Below the pieces are notes generated by a model. That model had not been told where the DNA came from, made no database searches, and saw only the letters and a list, made by a program, of their open reading frames with translations. Shown one piece after another: positions 1-37,384 of a stretch of 64,000 bases of DNA. Every line of letters starts with the position of its first letter. The first letter of the stretch is position 1. The DNA is from Chrysomallon squamiferum (taxonomy: Eukaryota; Animalia; Mollusca), in assembly GCA_012295275.1 (NCBI GenBank), contig CM022670.1:10974001-11038000 (forward strand). The letters run 5' to 3'. Made by a program: the position numbers and the translations under genes.

Positions 1-110
1 TATATGTGTGTTAATTAACTAAATCAAAGTGAAGAAGAATCTTTATTGTTCATGAACAAAAATACGTTAAAATATGAAGTAATTAATAATGTATGTATAA
101 TAACAACAAC

Positions 111-210
111 TATGTATGCATGTATGTATGTATGTATGTATGTATGTATGTATGTATGTATGTATGTATGTATGTGTGTATATGTATATATATATATATA
201 TATATGTATG
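111..210. repeat. (TATG)n/(TA)n microsatellite
   Basis: Directly visible. Confidence 0.95.
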
Positions 211-3190
211 TAGTTTAGGATTTTAAATATTCTCTGTCTTATGTTCGTCTGAATAGACTCTGCACATAGATAATATTCGGGAACACACTGGCGCAGAAGG
301 ACAAAGTCCATATACGACTTCATAAACCCGTCAGATGCTGCTGACGAGACTCGAACGATGTTACTGTTCGGCCACCAAGACAACCTAATATATATGTATA
401 TGTATATATGTATTTGTGTGTGTATGCATGTATGAATGTGTGTTCGCGCGGATGATAATGAATGTGTGTGCAAATACAACTTTTATACTTCTAATTTTCA
501 GTTCAGTCATTGTCTTTGTGAGTAGATCATTTTTAATAGAAGAATTATATTTTTTTCTTCCACCATTTTTTTATTTCTTCTTTTTTTTTTTTTTTTTTCT
601 TTTTGAAGACATGATAAACTCGAAAAACATATTTACTTCATCTGCGTTCGCCATTCACGAAGAAATTAATTCCGATTTTCTATTTTCTATCACGGTTTTC
701 ATTTTGAGTAAAGGAAAGATTGGCCGTTAAGGCAATGATAGAGATGTCGCCCAATTTCCTTAACACTTCTGATGAACGGTGCTCCCTGTTGATGCATAAC
801 AAATGTCAATATTACTGCTCCAGCAGTAACCAAGGTAGTTTTCCAGAGGAAGTTCATCTTCCTTCGGGTGTGCCAGATAATGGAAAGCTGTTCGCGAGGC
901 CATTACATTGAGATATGGACCCAGCACCGGCTTTATTTTCGCCTAATTTTCCAAACATTGATGCACAAAAAGCTCGCCGGACTTCATCATATCCATATAT
1001 CTGAAAAACCAAAACTGTTATTACTTCATGCCAACAGGTTTCTGTTTGATCACAAAAAAAATAAAAAAATAAAAAACTCTCTCTCTGTGTGAGGTTAAGG
1101 CGATGATCATGTTTTTTCTCGGAATATTTTTTTTTTTTTTTTTGCATTAAAGATAAGCAGCCTACATTTCTTGTTAACAGCTGTCATGCGGTATGATTTA
1201 TGTTTTGAGATAATTTTTTTTTTTTTTTTTTTTTTTTTCTTAAGCTTGCTCTTTAAACGATATGAAATTATTTCGTGGTTTTGTTTTATAAATCTTGCTG
1301 GGAATAATATCGATTTATTTCTGATCGTTTAGTTGCGATTACGTTGTTGTTTTAATACATACTACATACTTTAATTACTAAATATAATGTTAATATAACT
1401 TTGGCATCATGTGTGTGTGGTGTGTATGTATGTGTGTGCGTGTTTATGTTTGTGTTTTTGCCTATGTATGTGTGCGTGTTTTTACCCATATTATTTAAAA
1501 ATTATTAATACAGGATACAAATCACCCACAATTTTTTTTAAAATATCTGATTCTATATCGTCCTGAAGAACATTATTTTCCAGCTCAGATAAGAAACTTT
1601 TTTTTTTAAAACAGCTCTCTGTATTCATTTCAGTTTAAACAACTCCACTCTTCTAACACGTCTTCGTCTGGGACATAAAAACAAGTTTGTCGAGCTCGCG
1701 TCTCGTACATCAGCTCAAGAGTGTTTCTCCTCGCCCAGAGAGAATCAGCAAACTTTGTTTTGTATAACCCGATATGCAAATCCTCTTGAGTTCTCCGCGA
1801 GATGCCTAGCAGGAAAAACCTGCGAGTTTTAAATTGTCTCTGCTGCTTTTAAAACACATTATGCCGCCATGTTGTTGTTTTTTTTTTTTTTTTAAAATTT
1901 TATCTTTTAATACGTAGTTCTCTTATTTCTGCCCATTAACAAAAAGTAATTCAAAACTGTCTGTAGTTTTTAATCGTATTACAGTTTATATCGCCATGTT
2001 TTTATAATGTAGTTCTATAATGAGATGTCTAATGGTAATAACTGCTAATTCAAAATTGTCTGTAGTTTTTAACAATATTATAATTTAAACCGCAGTGTTA
2101 ATTTTTTAACAAGCAGTTTTGAATGAAATGTCCAATAATAAAAAAAATGCTAATTCGAAATATTCTGCGACGCAATAGATTTTTATTTTTTATTATTATT
2201 ATCATTATTATTATTATTATTATTTTTTTTTTTTTTACGTTTAGTAACAAGAAGATCAAAGTGTCTGTGAAGTTTTGGATGATATGACTCATTAATAAAT
2301 GGACGTTTGGAAACATTCACAGGCAATAATTAACGTTTATTATATATAACTGTTAATTAATAAAATATTGACTTGTAAAATAAATACTTACAGTATTTCA
2401 GTAATGTAAATGATGTTGTCGATTATTCTGTTCACAAGGAACGTAGAATTTACTAACGTTTTTGTATATAATTTGTCTGGCTAAATATTGATAATGTAAT
2501 GATGTTGATGATAACGACTGTAATAATAATAATAATAATAATGACAATATTAATAATATTAATATTAATTAAATAAACAGATTTCCAATCATAAATTTGC
2601 TAACAGTAATTAATAATATCTTTATTACATTTCAGAATTTTAATTATGTCTAAAAAACTGTAAAAATAATACTTAAAATAAATAAATAAATAAATAAATA
2701 AATAAATAGTTCATCATTAGGGAACAAATTTACCTATATTATTCATATTTATATCTTTTATTTTGTTTTATATTAATTTTTTTATTATTATTTTTTTTTT
2801 AAATAATTTTAAAATTCATCTGAAAAAAACAAAAGCCACAACATGATTTTAATCGAATTAACAGACGAAAACAGACAGAAGTAGCATCAACATTCATCCG
2901 AACGTGGAAACACCACACATATAAAACGCAATATAATTAAATTAGTTGGAAAAAGTCCAAAATTATCTTTACACCAAAACCCCCCCTCACTACCATCACA
3001 ACCACCACCACCACCACCACCACCACACCCCAACCACTCGCTGCATTTCTGCACCCTTTTTTTTTTTTTGCTGTTCCTTCTAAAACTTTCCGTGTATGTT
3101 TTGGCGTCAACAAAGTGTTGTGTTTAAGTTAATTTCTCCGGATTAATATGCCTTTGAAGAAAATGTCACCTCCGTACGTGGATCTCGCAG

Positions 3191-3250
3191 CAATCAATAG
3201 AGATCCTCAGCTCGCTATAAATCGGCAGCTCCGTGCTTTACTCAGACAGC
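3191..3250 (+). promoter_or_regulatory. Core promoter of the CARP gene (TATA box plus Inr-like element)
   Basis: TATAAA at 3216-3221 in a locally GC-richer patch, TCAGAC initiator-like element at 3242-3247 (A is 28 nt after the TATA start), CAATCAAT at 3191; ATG about 190 nt downstream. Confidence 0.65.
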
Positions 3251-3435
3251 GCGTTGATGGGCCGAGGGCTACTGTTCCACTGATGAAGAAGTAGTAGTAG
3301 TAGTCGCAGTCGTAGTCCGTCACTCGGAGAAGGAGCACCATAACGTTTTAGGTTGTCGGTGACGCAGTTCTTCACTCACTCGTCAGAAAGAAAGAAAGAA
3401 AGAAAAAAAAAAAAATAATAATAATAATAATAAAT

Positions 3436-28296
<24,861 letters not shown>

Positions 28297-31200
28297 AGAC
28301 TGCACATTTAAACCACGCAGCAGCAAGTGTTTGTATTGTTTGTTGCATTCATGAACAAAGTGAGTACACTTTGCCTACATCTTTATTTTCTTTTAAATAA
28401 CTGTTTGTTATCTTGAAAAAATAATTTTCTTTAAATCTCGATTTAATGATTACAACCATTTTAATGTATAATTACTATATCTTAAGTTTTGAATGTAAAT
28501 ATCTATTTTTCAACATAGCCATCTTAAGTTGAACGAAATTATAAAAATGTGAAACGAAACAATAAAAGTCTCGAACCTAACTTTAAAGTTAGTTTCAGCT
28601 AATAATAATAAAACAACACAATAATAATAAAAGAATAATTAATAAATCAAACTTCTTAACACGAGAATTGTTAAATATCAATGTTTGTTTGTTAATATTT
28701 TTCAGTAAGATGCAGTTAACTCTTAAAAATTTACATGGAATTTACATTATTCCAAGTCAGTACAGAGAAGATTCTAAGGACCACTGAATTCCAGGAACGC
28801 GATAACCAAAGTTACATTGTAAGAATAAACACTAAGTATAAATATTTCACTTTAAACGTATTTCACCATTTGACTGCTTATTTTATTATTTTCGTTTCGT
28901 GATTTTACTGATAAACTAAAGTAAGTTAGGATCGGGGTTCTTCGTAAGCCTCACATTACGAAATAAACGAATATACAGTTGTTTGTGCTGACGTTAAGAA
29001 AAACAGGTGATGATGGTAGAGCCGTGTAGCATTTCTTTGTCAGATGACTCTCATTCCGAGTGAGTAAACATATTCAACAAATGTGAAAGTTATTTAAGAA
29101 AATCGAGGATCATTTTACAGACACCAAAACGAACGTGCAATGCAAGCAAACACAAACTTTCAGATATATGAACATCATACGAAAAGTTTACAATTTACTG
29201 TTACTTGTGTAACAGCAGAATGTATAAAGACATAGTAGTTAATATGTATGTATGTATGTATGCATGTATAGGTGTGTGTGTTTTCACTTTCAGATGCGAT
29301 TCTGAAGAAGAAAATTAATTTGTTCCTCTGACAGTGTGAACTTGTGAATTGATGAAGACCTCTGTCTCACAGTGAACAACACTGACTAAACAGAACAATG
29401 CAAGAGAGAACTAGTGAAAGAAAAAACAATGCATCTTGTGTCATTACAGTTGTTAAATTACCACATCTATAGCTTTAAAAAAAATTAAAAAATTAAAAAA
29501 ACTATTATACATATAGCATTATGAACACATTTACCTGTCAACATAAATGGCTTAAAGAGAATTCACGAAACTGATAAATATATATTTTTTCAAAGGTGAA
29601 TATGCGATGAACAATACTCATTATTGTGTCCGAATTAAAGCGTATACTTGGTTGTATCAATATATTTGTATATTTATATTTAAAAAAGGATAAAGCATGA
29701 GAGAGCTGCAGTATCTCTCACTAATTGTACGAAATCGTTTACATAGCTAATTCATTTTTAAAAGAAGTCTGCTTGTGAATTTTGGATTAGCTTATTATTT
29801 TTGGTGCAGTATGTGTAAAAATAATGCGTTTCGAATGTTAATGTTTTGGATCATGTTTTACATGAAAATTAATTTTCTTATTTTTTTTCAGTCGATGAAT
29901 GAATGTGGCTGGTCTGTTTGAAATGACAACAGACAATAATTATTGCCAAAAAAATGCATATTATATTTTGTGCCAAAATTAAATATTAAATTATATTTTA
30001 ATATGATACGAGTTGGTTGTTTTCTTTGAGTAACAATAAACACTGAGATACTTTTCTAAATAGACTCATGGAATAATCTTCATTTCACTAAATTTTATAT
30101 AAATTTGGAAACTGGAAACTGTTTGTCTGTCTGTGTGTGTGTCACTCTGCATGTCTGCATTCAAACCGTAGACAGGTTCGTAATTTTTATATGCAAAAAA
30201 CAACAACAACCCCAAAACATCTATGTTTCTGAATACTTCATTTTGAGGATCCTTTATTCGATATTCCGAAACCAAAACTTCTTTCGGACAGCAGAAATAG
30301 TGATATCTTACATTTTTCAAACTGGTGTGCTTTCACCGGGTTTAATTTTATCCACAAAAATAATAATAAAAAAAATATATATATATATATATCAATGTAG
30401 ACAAAAAAAAAAGAAAAAAGACTTTGCAGTCTATTTGTATAAGTTGTATATAAAATATAAACGAAATTCGTGTTTAGTCTTTTATCCTACACTCCTTATA
30501 TTTCAAAAATCCCGAACATTCTGACTTTCAAAACACATCAAATCCCAGGCTTTTCGGATCAAGAATTCTCAACGTGTATAAAACATTTTTATTCGCACCT
30601 TATAATTAATAATTATTTTACATCGTGCTTTGAATCCAAAAGTGCCGTTTCGATTTAAACAAGCGAATAATTTTCACCACTAATTGTAATAGCTATATAA
30701 TGGCAGAGAGCTTGGTTAAACTGCAAGATTACATATGCGTAAAAATAATCAACTTAGATTTAAATAAAACTAAATCAGTAAATTTAATTTATTTTTATTA
30801 TATTAAACAGAAAATAAATGGCGGATTAAGGATTTATATTTGAAAAACTTCCTAAAAGTGGTAAACGTAAACAAAAATTACATTATTGATCCCAAAAGAC
30901 AGTAATTCCATAATAAAGCTCATTTCTGATGGAAACAGGAGCATATTAGCAATTTATAGCCGTTTTTTTCGAGTCCTCTCTCGGAGGTTCCTGCGATATT
31001 TTGTCTAGTATAAAAATATTCATCGACGATGAATGATTTCTGAAGCAGTCGCCGCCATTTTGGTTTAGGCCTATATAACTTTACCCATAAATTCGGTTCT
31101 TTAATAAAATAAACGTAGAAGCAGATGATTTTTTTTTTAGTTATTAATTTAAATCATTAGACATAATTTCTGAGATGTAAATATAAAAGTAATATAATTT

Positions 31201-31809
31201 TTGAAAATAAATACGCACGTAAAAAAACGTCTATTAATTTTGTTTCTGCCGTCATCATTTCCGAGAACTAAAAAAAGACGTCAATAATCGAATGACGTCG
31301 TTGACAACAAACACACAGTTGCGTTTTGGGCAGGGCAGGGTATTTTACCCCGGGATTATACTTTGAATAAGTGAAAACCTCTGTAAGCTAAAAACTTTTC
31401 TTTACAGACTCAAAATATAAATTAACAATGACTGGTTCTGTCAGACTGTTTACCGATTTATAACTTTCAAATTTAAAATAATATTATTCTTCGACAAGCA
31501 TATTTTCACAAAACGCCAGTGATAAAGAAATAATTGAAGAGGACGAGTGTTTGTGTGTTAGAGTGGGGTGGGGTGGGGTGAAAGGTAGTGTGTGTGTGTG
31601 TGCGTGCGTGCAACACTAAATATTTTGATTAGAAAATAGAGTTATTCAATCTTAATTTCGTGGGTTTTCTTTCTTCTTTTTTATACCGTCCTTAATTATC
31701 TCCCTTCCTTAGACTTAAGCTCTATATATTATTATGGTTTTATTTGAAATGTGTGCGAATGTGAAAGCACGTATGTATATAAATGCTATTTACGTGTCTA
31801 TATAAATGT

Positions 31810-31972
31810 TTAACGTGTGTGTCTGTGCATGAAAGAAAGAATGGGTATATGTGTTTGTGTTTTAAAGATTTGTGCTTTTGTATGGGTGTGTGTGTTAGAG
31901 AGTGGGTATGTTTGCGAATGCGAAAGGGAGAGAGGATGTATACATGAGGATGTGTATGAATGTGGTGGTATA

Positions 31973-32014
<42 letters not shown>

Positions 32015-33460
32015 AGAGAGAGAGAGGAAGCGTATATACATGAGTGTGAAAGAGAGTTTGTTTGTGCATGGGTATGTGTGGTTCTGCATGGTTCTGCATG
32101 CAAAATGAAAGGAGGAGTGAGTGTATTCGTCTGTATGTGTGTGGATTTGGGTTATGGGTGTTTGTGCGTTAGAGAGAGGATGGGTATATAGATAAGTGTG
32201 TGAAAGAGATTTTGTTTGAGCACAGGTATGTATGTTGCGGTATGGGTATGCACGCGAAAGTGAAAGGAAGAGTGGATACATTCGTGTGAATGTGTATGAA
32301 TGGGACGGTATAGATGTTTATGTATCAGAGAGAGAGGATGGGTTATACACGAGTGTATTTGTGTATTGAAAGAGTGTGTTTGTGCATTGGTGTGTTGCAG
32401 TGTGGTGAAGGGAGTATGTGTTTATGTATGAATGTGTGTGTGTCAGAGAGAGAGAGTTGGGTGCATACATGAGTGTGTGAAAGAGAGTGTTTATGCATGG
32501 GTACGTGTTGTAATGTGGTAAGTGAAAGGAGTATGTGTATGTGTATGAATGTGTGTGTGTCAGAGAGAGAGGATGGGTATATACAAGAGTGTGTGAAAGA
32601 GAGTGTTTGTGCATGGGTGTGTTGCAGTGTGGTGAAATGAGTATGTGTATGTGTATGAATGTGTGTGTGTGTGTGTCAGGAGAGAGGATGGGTATATATG
32701 TGTGTGAAAAGAGAGTGTTTGTGCATGGGTGTGTTGCATTGTGTATGTGTATGAATGTGTGTGTTTCAGAGAAAGAGAGATGGTGCATGTGTAAAGAATG
32801 TTTGTATGGGTGTGTTGCAGTGTGGTGTGTGTGTTTATTTAGATAAATGTGTGTGTGTCAGAGAGAGAGAGATGGGTTTATACATGAGTGTATAAAAGAG
32901 AGTGTGTTTGTTGCAGTATGGTGAAAGGAGTATGTGTTTATGTATGAATGTGTGTGTGTCAGAGAGAGAGAGATGGGTGCGTACATGAGTGTGTGAAAGA
33001 GAGTGTGTTTGTGCATGGATGTGTTGCAGTGTGGTGAAAGGAGTATGTGTTTATGTATGAATGTGTGTGAATGGTGCATGTGTGTGTCAAAGAGAGAGGG
33101 TGTGTTGCAGTGTGGTAGAAAGGAGTGGGTGCGTGTGTATGAGTGTGTGTCAGAAAGAGAGAGATGTTTGTTGTGCATGGGTAAGAGTTGTGTTTGCAGT
33201 GTGGTAAGTGAAAGGGAGTATGCGTATGTGTATGAATGTGTGTGTGTGTGGGTGTGTTGCAGAGATGGAGAGATGTGTGCGTATGAATGTGTGTGAAAAC
33301 GAGATGTGTGTTTGTGCATGGGAATGTGTGTTGCAGTGTGGGTGTGCATGCGAATGTGGAATGTGGGGTGGGTATATACGTGTGTATGTGTATGAAGTGT
33401 GGGTATATGTGTTGTGTGTGTAGATACATGTGTTTGGGAAAGACAGTGTGCATTTGGTAT
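31810..33460. repeat. Compound TG/AG-rich minisatellite array with a unit of about 100-120 bp
   Basis: Recurrent module gtgtcagagagagaggatgggt..gtgtgaaagagagtgtttgtgcatgggtgtgttgcagtgtggtgaaaggagtatgtgt..atgaatgtgtg, more than ten diverged copies. Confidence 0.9.
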
Positions 33461-36400
33461 GTGCACGTGTTAGTGCCGGTATGCGATGTATGTCAAATAA
33501 TGTAAAATTATTTATGTATTTATTTAAAAAAGATATATATTTTTTCTTTTAGGTCTTGATATTTATCGTTATTTTTAACTGTTTAAAGATAAATCTATAT
33601 TTAGCGTTTTGTGAACGATATGAATATCGAAGAAAAATAATTAAGCTGTAACCTTCTCTGACTCTGCCTCGACTTCAGCTGTGTGTTGGAAGGTTCCATG
33701 ATCGGATTTTAATTTTTCGAAATTGGCATCTAGGATTCTTTTATCAAACTATTTACTATCTTCATATATCCGATTTCTTTTATTTTCATGAACCGCAAAA
33801 ATCTGCGTACAAATTATTTTAGTATCTTTTATTTATTTAGGTCGACGCTTCTAAATCTATTCGTAGTATATGACACAAGAACTGTACTTATATTTTATGG
33901 CACTAAACAAAAAAAAAATTTTTCGTCATTTTGAATTCACAGTTTAAAAATTTTCCTTTTTTCTTTGTATAATTTAGGATTGTCATAATTTGCATTCACT
34001 AAATAAATAAGTAAATGTAATTTTCATTTAATTTTTTTGTTATCGTCATTAAAATAAGAAATGAGAAGGGGAAAACAAAAAGAGAAAAAATGAGTAACTA
34101 TATATAAATGAACTAATAATTAAGTGACTACATAAATATATAATTTTGATTTTATAATTTCTTCATATAAAGAAATAAGAAATTATAGATAAATGTTTTT
34201 TTTTTTTTTTTTTTTTTGAAATGAACAGTATTAATCATTCATGTTTTTTGTTTCAAACTAATTTGGATCTTTATTGTATAACATTAAATACTTTATCGTT
34301 ACTTGTAAATATATGAAAACTCATAGAAAAGCAGATACAACACACACACACACACACACACACACAAAGTAAATAAATATAAATTAAAAACTGAACATGT
34401 AAATAAATAACTAAATATATAAGAAAGTAAGTAATTAAATAAGTATGCAAGTAGTTAAATAAATAAAATAATAAAAGTTTTTAAAATATTTTCAAATGTG
34501 TCATATACTTTGAACAAAATTTTGATAGGGATCATTCCTCACCAAGTAATCTTGAATAAAAATATTTCATAATTTAAATAAAGTAATTAATTTTTGTACC
34601 TAAAATGCAGCGACAGTGAGTCACCTGGTGAGTGATGACACCCCCACCTCAGAGTGGCTAATACGGGAAACTCATACTTGAAAATGAGCTACCGGGGGAC
34701 TGTTCACCTTAGGTACAGAAACAAAAAAGCTCAAATAAGTGTGTGTGTGTGTGTGTCTGTGTGCGTGCGTGCGTGCGTGCGTGGGTGTGTGTGTGTGAAA
34801 GAAAAAAGGTGCATATAGTGTCAGTCAGAAGTTAGAGGTGATACATTTGTGTTAGAAATATTTTATTATTTTTATTTTAAGTTATACAAAACGAATTATT
34901 ATTTTTAATTTATTTTTAAATGGAAAAACAAATTTGATAGTAAATTAGTTTACACTGACTATATGAACTAAATATCTGAGCAGAGACTATTAACATTACA
35001 TAAGCTTCTCTCAAATACGTCATCAAAATATTATTTGATAACTTAATAATAAAGAAATTCTCTAAAAATCTAAGTCATCAAGCTACATTTTGTTTCTGAC
35101 TAATAATGTAATTAGTTTTCTTGTGTTTTATAACAACAAAATCAATTAAATGTATTTCACATAATTTATTTTCAATTACATTAAACATATTGTCTAGACA
35201 AAATCTCGAGTTATCTCAAGAAAATGCTTGCTCATTCTAATGGCAACATTTAAACTACTGTACAGTGTTTGATATGAAACCTGTGTACCTTCCAGTTAGA
35301 AGATAATTCAAATGAAGGTGAACAGGAGGCCAGCCAGGGAGAACAAGAAGACTGATATATACATTTAACCCATTTTTTTCTTTCTTTAAGAGTGTGTAGT
35401 TATCCAGACAAACAGTGAATGCTTAGAATAAAATGCATTTCAGCATGTATCAAGAATCAAATATTTAATATAAATAAAAATTAATATATACTTTCACAGC
35501 ACTGATGCCAAAAATACAGTAACAGTAGTTTTGTAATATTAAAGACAAACTTTATAAGAACAAATAATAATAATAAATTTTTAAAAAAAGATGGTAAAAT
35601 TTAAAAGATGAAGAAAAGAAAAAGAAATTATAGATTTATATATAATTATTGATATTTTCAACTGGTATTAACCTTATTAAGTTTTATTTTATTTTATTTT
35701 ACAGGCAGCAGAACACCAGAAGAACACCTAGATGTACATGGAGCAGTTTTGGATTCTGGACAATCAAAAATTTCTGATTAATCAGTCTCAGTACTTCATA
35801 TCTGATCAGACAGTGTCATTATCTGACTGATTTATGTTTAAATCTGAAAATTAATTAACAGTGTGTTCCTTTTATTCAAGTATATTGACAGTGAAATGTT
35901 TATTATATTAATTCTTGTGCAAAAGATAATTTGGTTCCTCCTTTTTACTGGGATGTTTTATGTTTTATGTTACAAATAAAACAAGTAGATGTGTGTTTGT
36001 ATGTCAGAGAGAACGTCAAAGGTTCATCCAACTACCCACTTTACAATATACTTTTGTTAAGACCATCATCATTTTAACAAAATTACAAATTTATTTATTA
36101 ATATTTGGATGTGATATGTTTTGGTTATCTTGGTTAACATGTAAAATACGTACTACAGTACATATGTGTTACATATATGTATATCAGTGTGGATCAGCGA
36201 CCCATGTCTTACAACATACTTTAGGTTGGGATTTTTAGTAGAAACTATTTAAAAAAGAAAATATAATATAAAAATAATAAAGTTTCCTTGCATATTTGTC
36301 CCCACTATTTAAATATTACATAAATTGCAATTTTAAATCTTTACAGACTAACTCAAGTAGTGTCCAAAATTAATTTCAGAACTGTGTTTTTATTTTATTT

Positions 36401-36877
36401 TATTTTATTATTGTTATTAATTTTTTTGTTTTGTTAACTTATTGTTAGATTATTCTTATATGAAATTAGAAAAAAAAAAAATCAGATTAAAAATGGTTGT
36501 TCTTACAAGATACAGTATTAGTACATAAAACAATAATTTTGATATATTCCTTAAGGTCAACATCAAAGAAATATTTTAAATTATATTTTTTAATTTATAA
36601 TGATGATAAGAAACAGCTCTTAAGTTTATTTTCAAAGAATTGTAGAATTATGTTTTACTACATATATATTAGCATAAAGATACCATTTTCCTTAATTTTA
36701 ATTACATAATATTATTCAGTTTGTTATTCAGTACTTGTTAGTAATGAAAATATTTCTACGAAATAATTCAGCATTCTGTCACGTGAGAAATGAAGTCGGT
36801 CCTTTCTGTTAAACTGAAAGCTTGTAACATAATCATAAATAAATTAAGTTAAATGAATTAATGCAATAAATAGACGA

Positions 36878-37125
36878 GAATATACACAAATATACAACAG
36901 AAACTTACTCATCCAATGTACACAAATATATAAGAGAAATAAACATTCATCCATTATATACAAATATACAACAGAAGCCTATTCATCCAGTGTATACAAA
37001 TATACAACAGAAACATTTTCACAAAATATACAACAAAAACATTTTCATACAATATACACAAATATACAACAAAAGCATATTCATCCAGTGTATGCAAACA
37101 TACAACAGAAGCATATTCATCCATG
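36878..37125. repeat. Tandem repeat of about 36 bp (about 7 copies) at the start of the TRAPPC12 3' UTR
   Basis: Unit acaaatatacaacagaa(g/a)catattcatcca(g/a)tgt, starting about 17 nt past the stop codon. Confidence 0.9.
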
Positions 37126-37141
37126 AATTTTAAAGTGGAAT

Positions 37142-37384
37142 TTATAACATTTTAAGAGACATAACTGGAAAACTGTCTCCTTTGTGTCTGCTGACAGAAT
37201 CCAGAACAGCCTGTTTTTTGTGGAGAGCTCTTGATGACTCCAGCTCATACAGAGTGCACAGGTTGAAGAGAACACCCTCATATAGGTTGTTATCTGGGTC
37301 CTTGTGAACCAGCGACTCTAACGTGTTTAGTGCATCTTTCAGTCTTCCCAGATACAACGAACAAACAGCCATGTTATTAATTGC
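37142..37384 (-). CDS. TRAPPC12: TRAPPC12 terminal coding exon
   Basis: [41 protein letters not shown]. Confidence 0.96.
   Translation of the reverse strand, partial: AINNMAVCSLYLGRLKDALNTLESLVHKDPDNNLYEGVLFNLCTLYELESSRALHKKQAVLDSVSRHKGDSFPVMSLKML

Noticed and set aside
24-1147. ORFs of 151, 104 and 97 aa at the window start
   Set aside because: Largely microsatellite or poly-T derived; the unique middle parts match no family I recognise.
31810-33505. Many overlapping His/Thr-rich and Cys/Val-rich ORFs (up to 202 aa) that could look like metal-binding proteins
   Set aside because: They are translations of the (TG)n/(CA)n satellite, open in several frames on both strands, with no splice or codon evidence.
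36878-37125. CRISPR-like appearance of the ~36-bp repeats
   Set aside because: Head-to-tail degenerate units without unique spacers, eukaryotic context, no cas genes.
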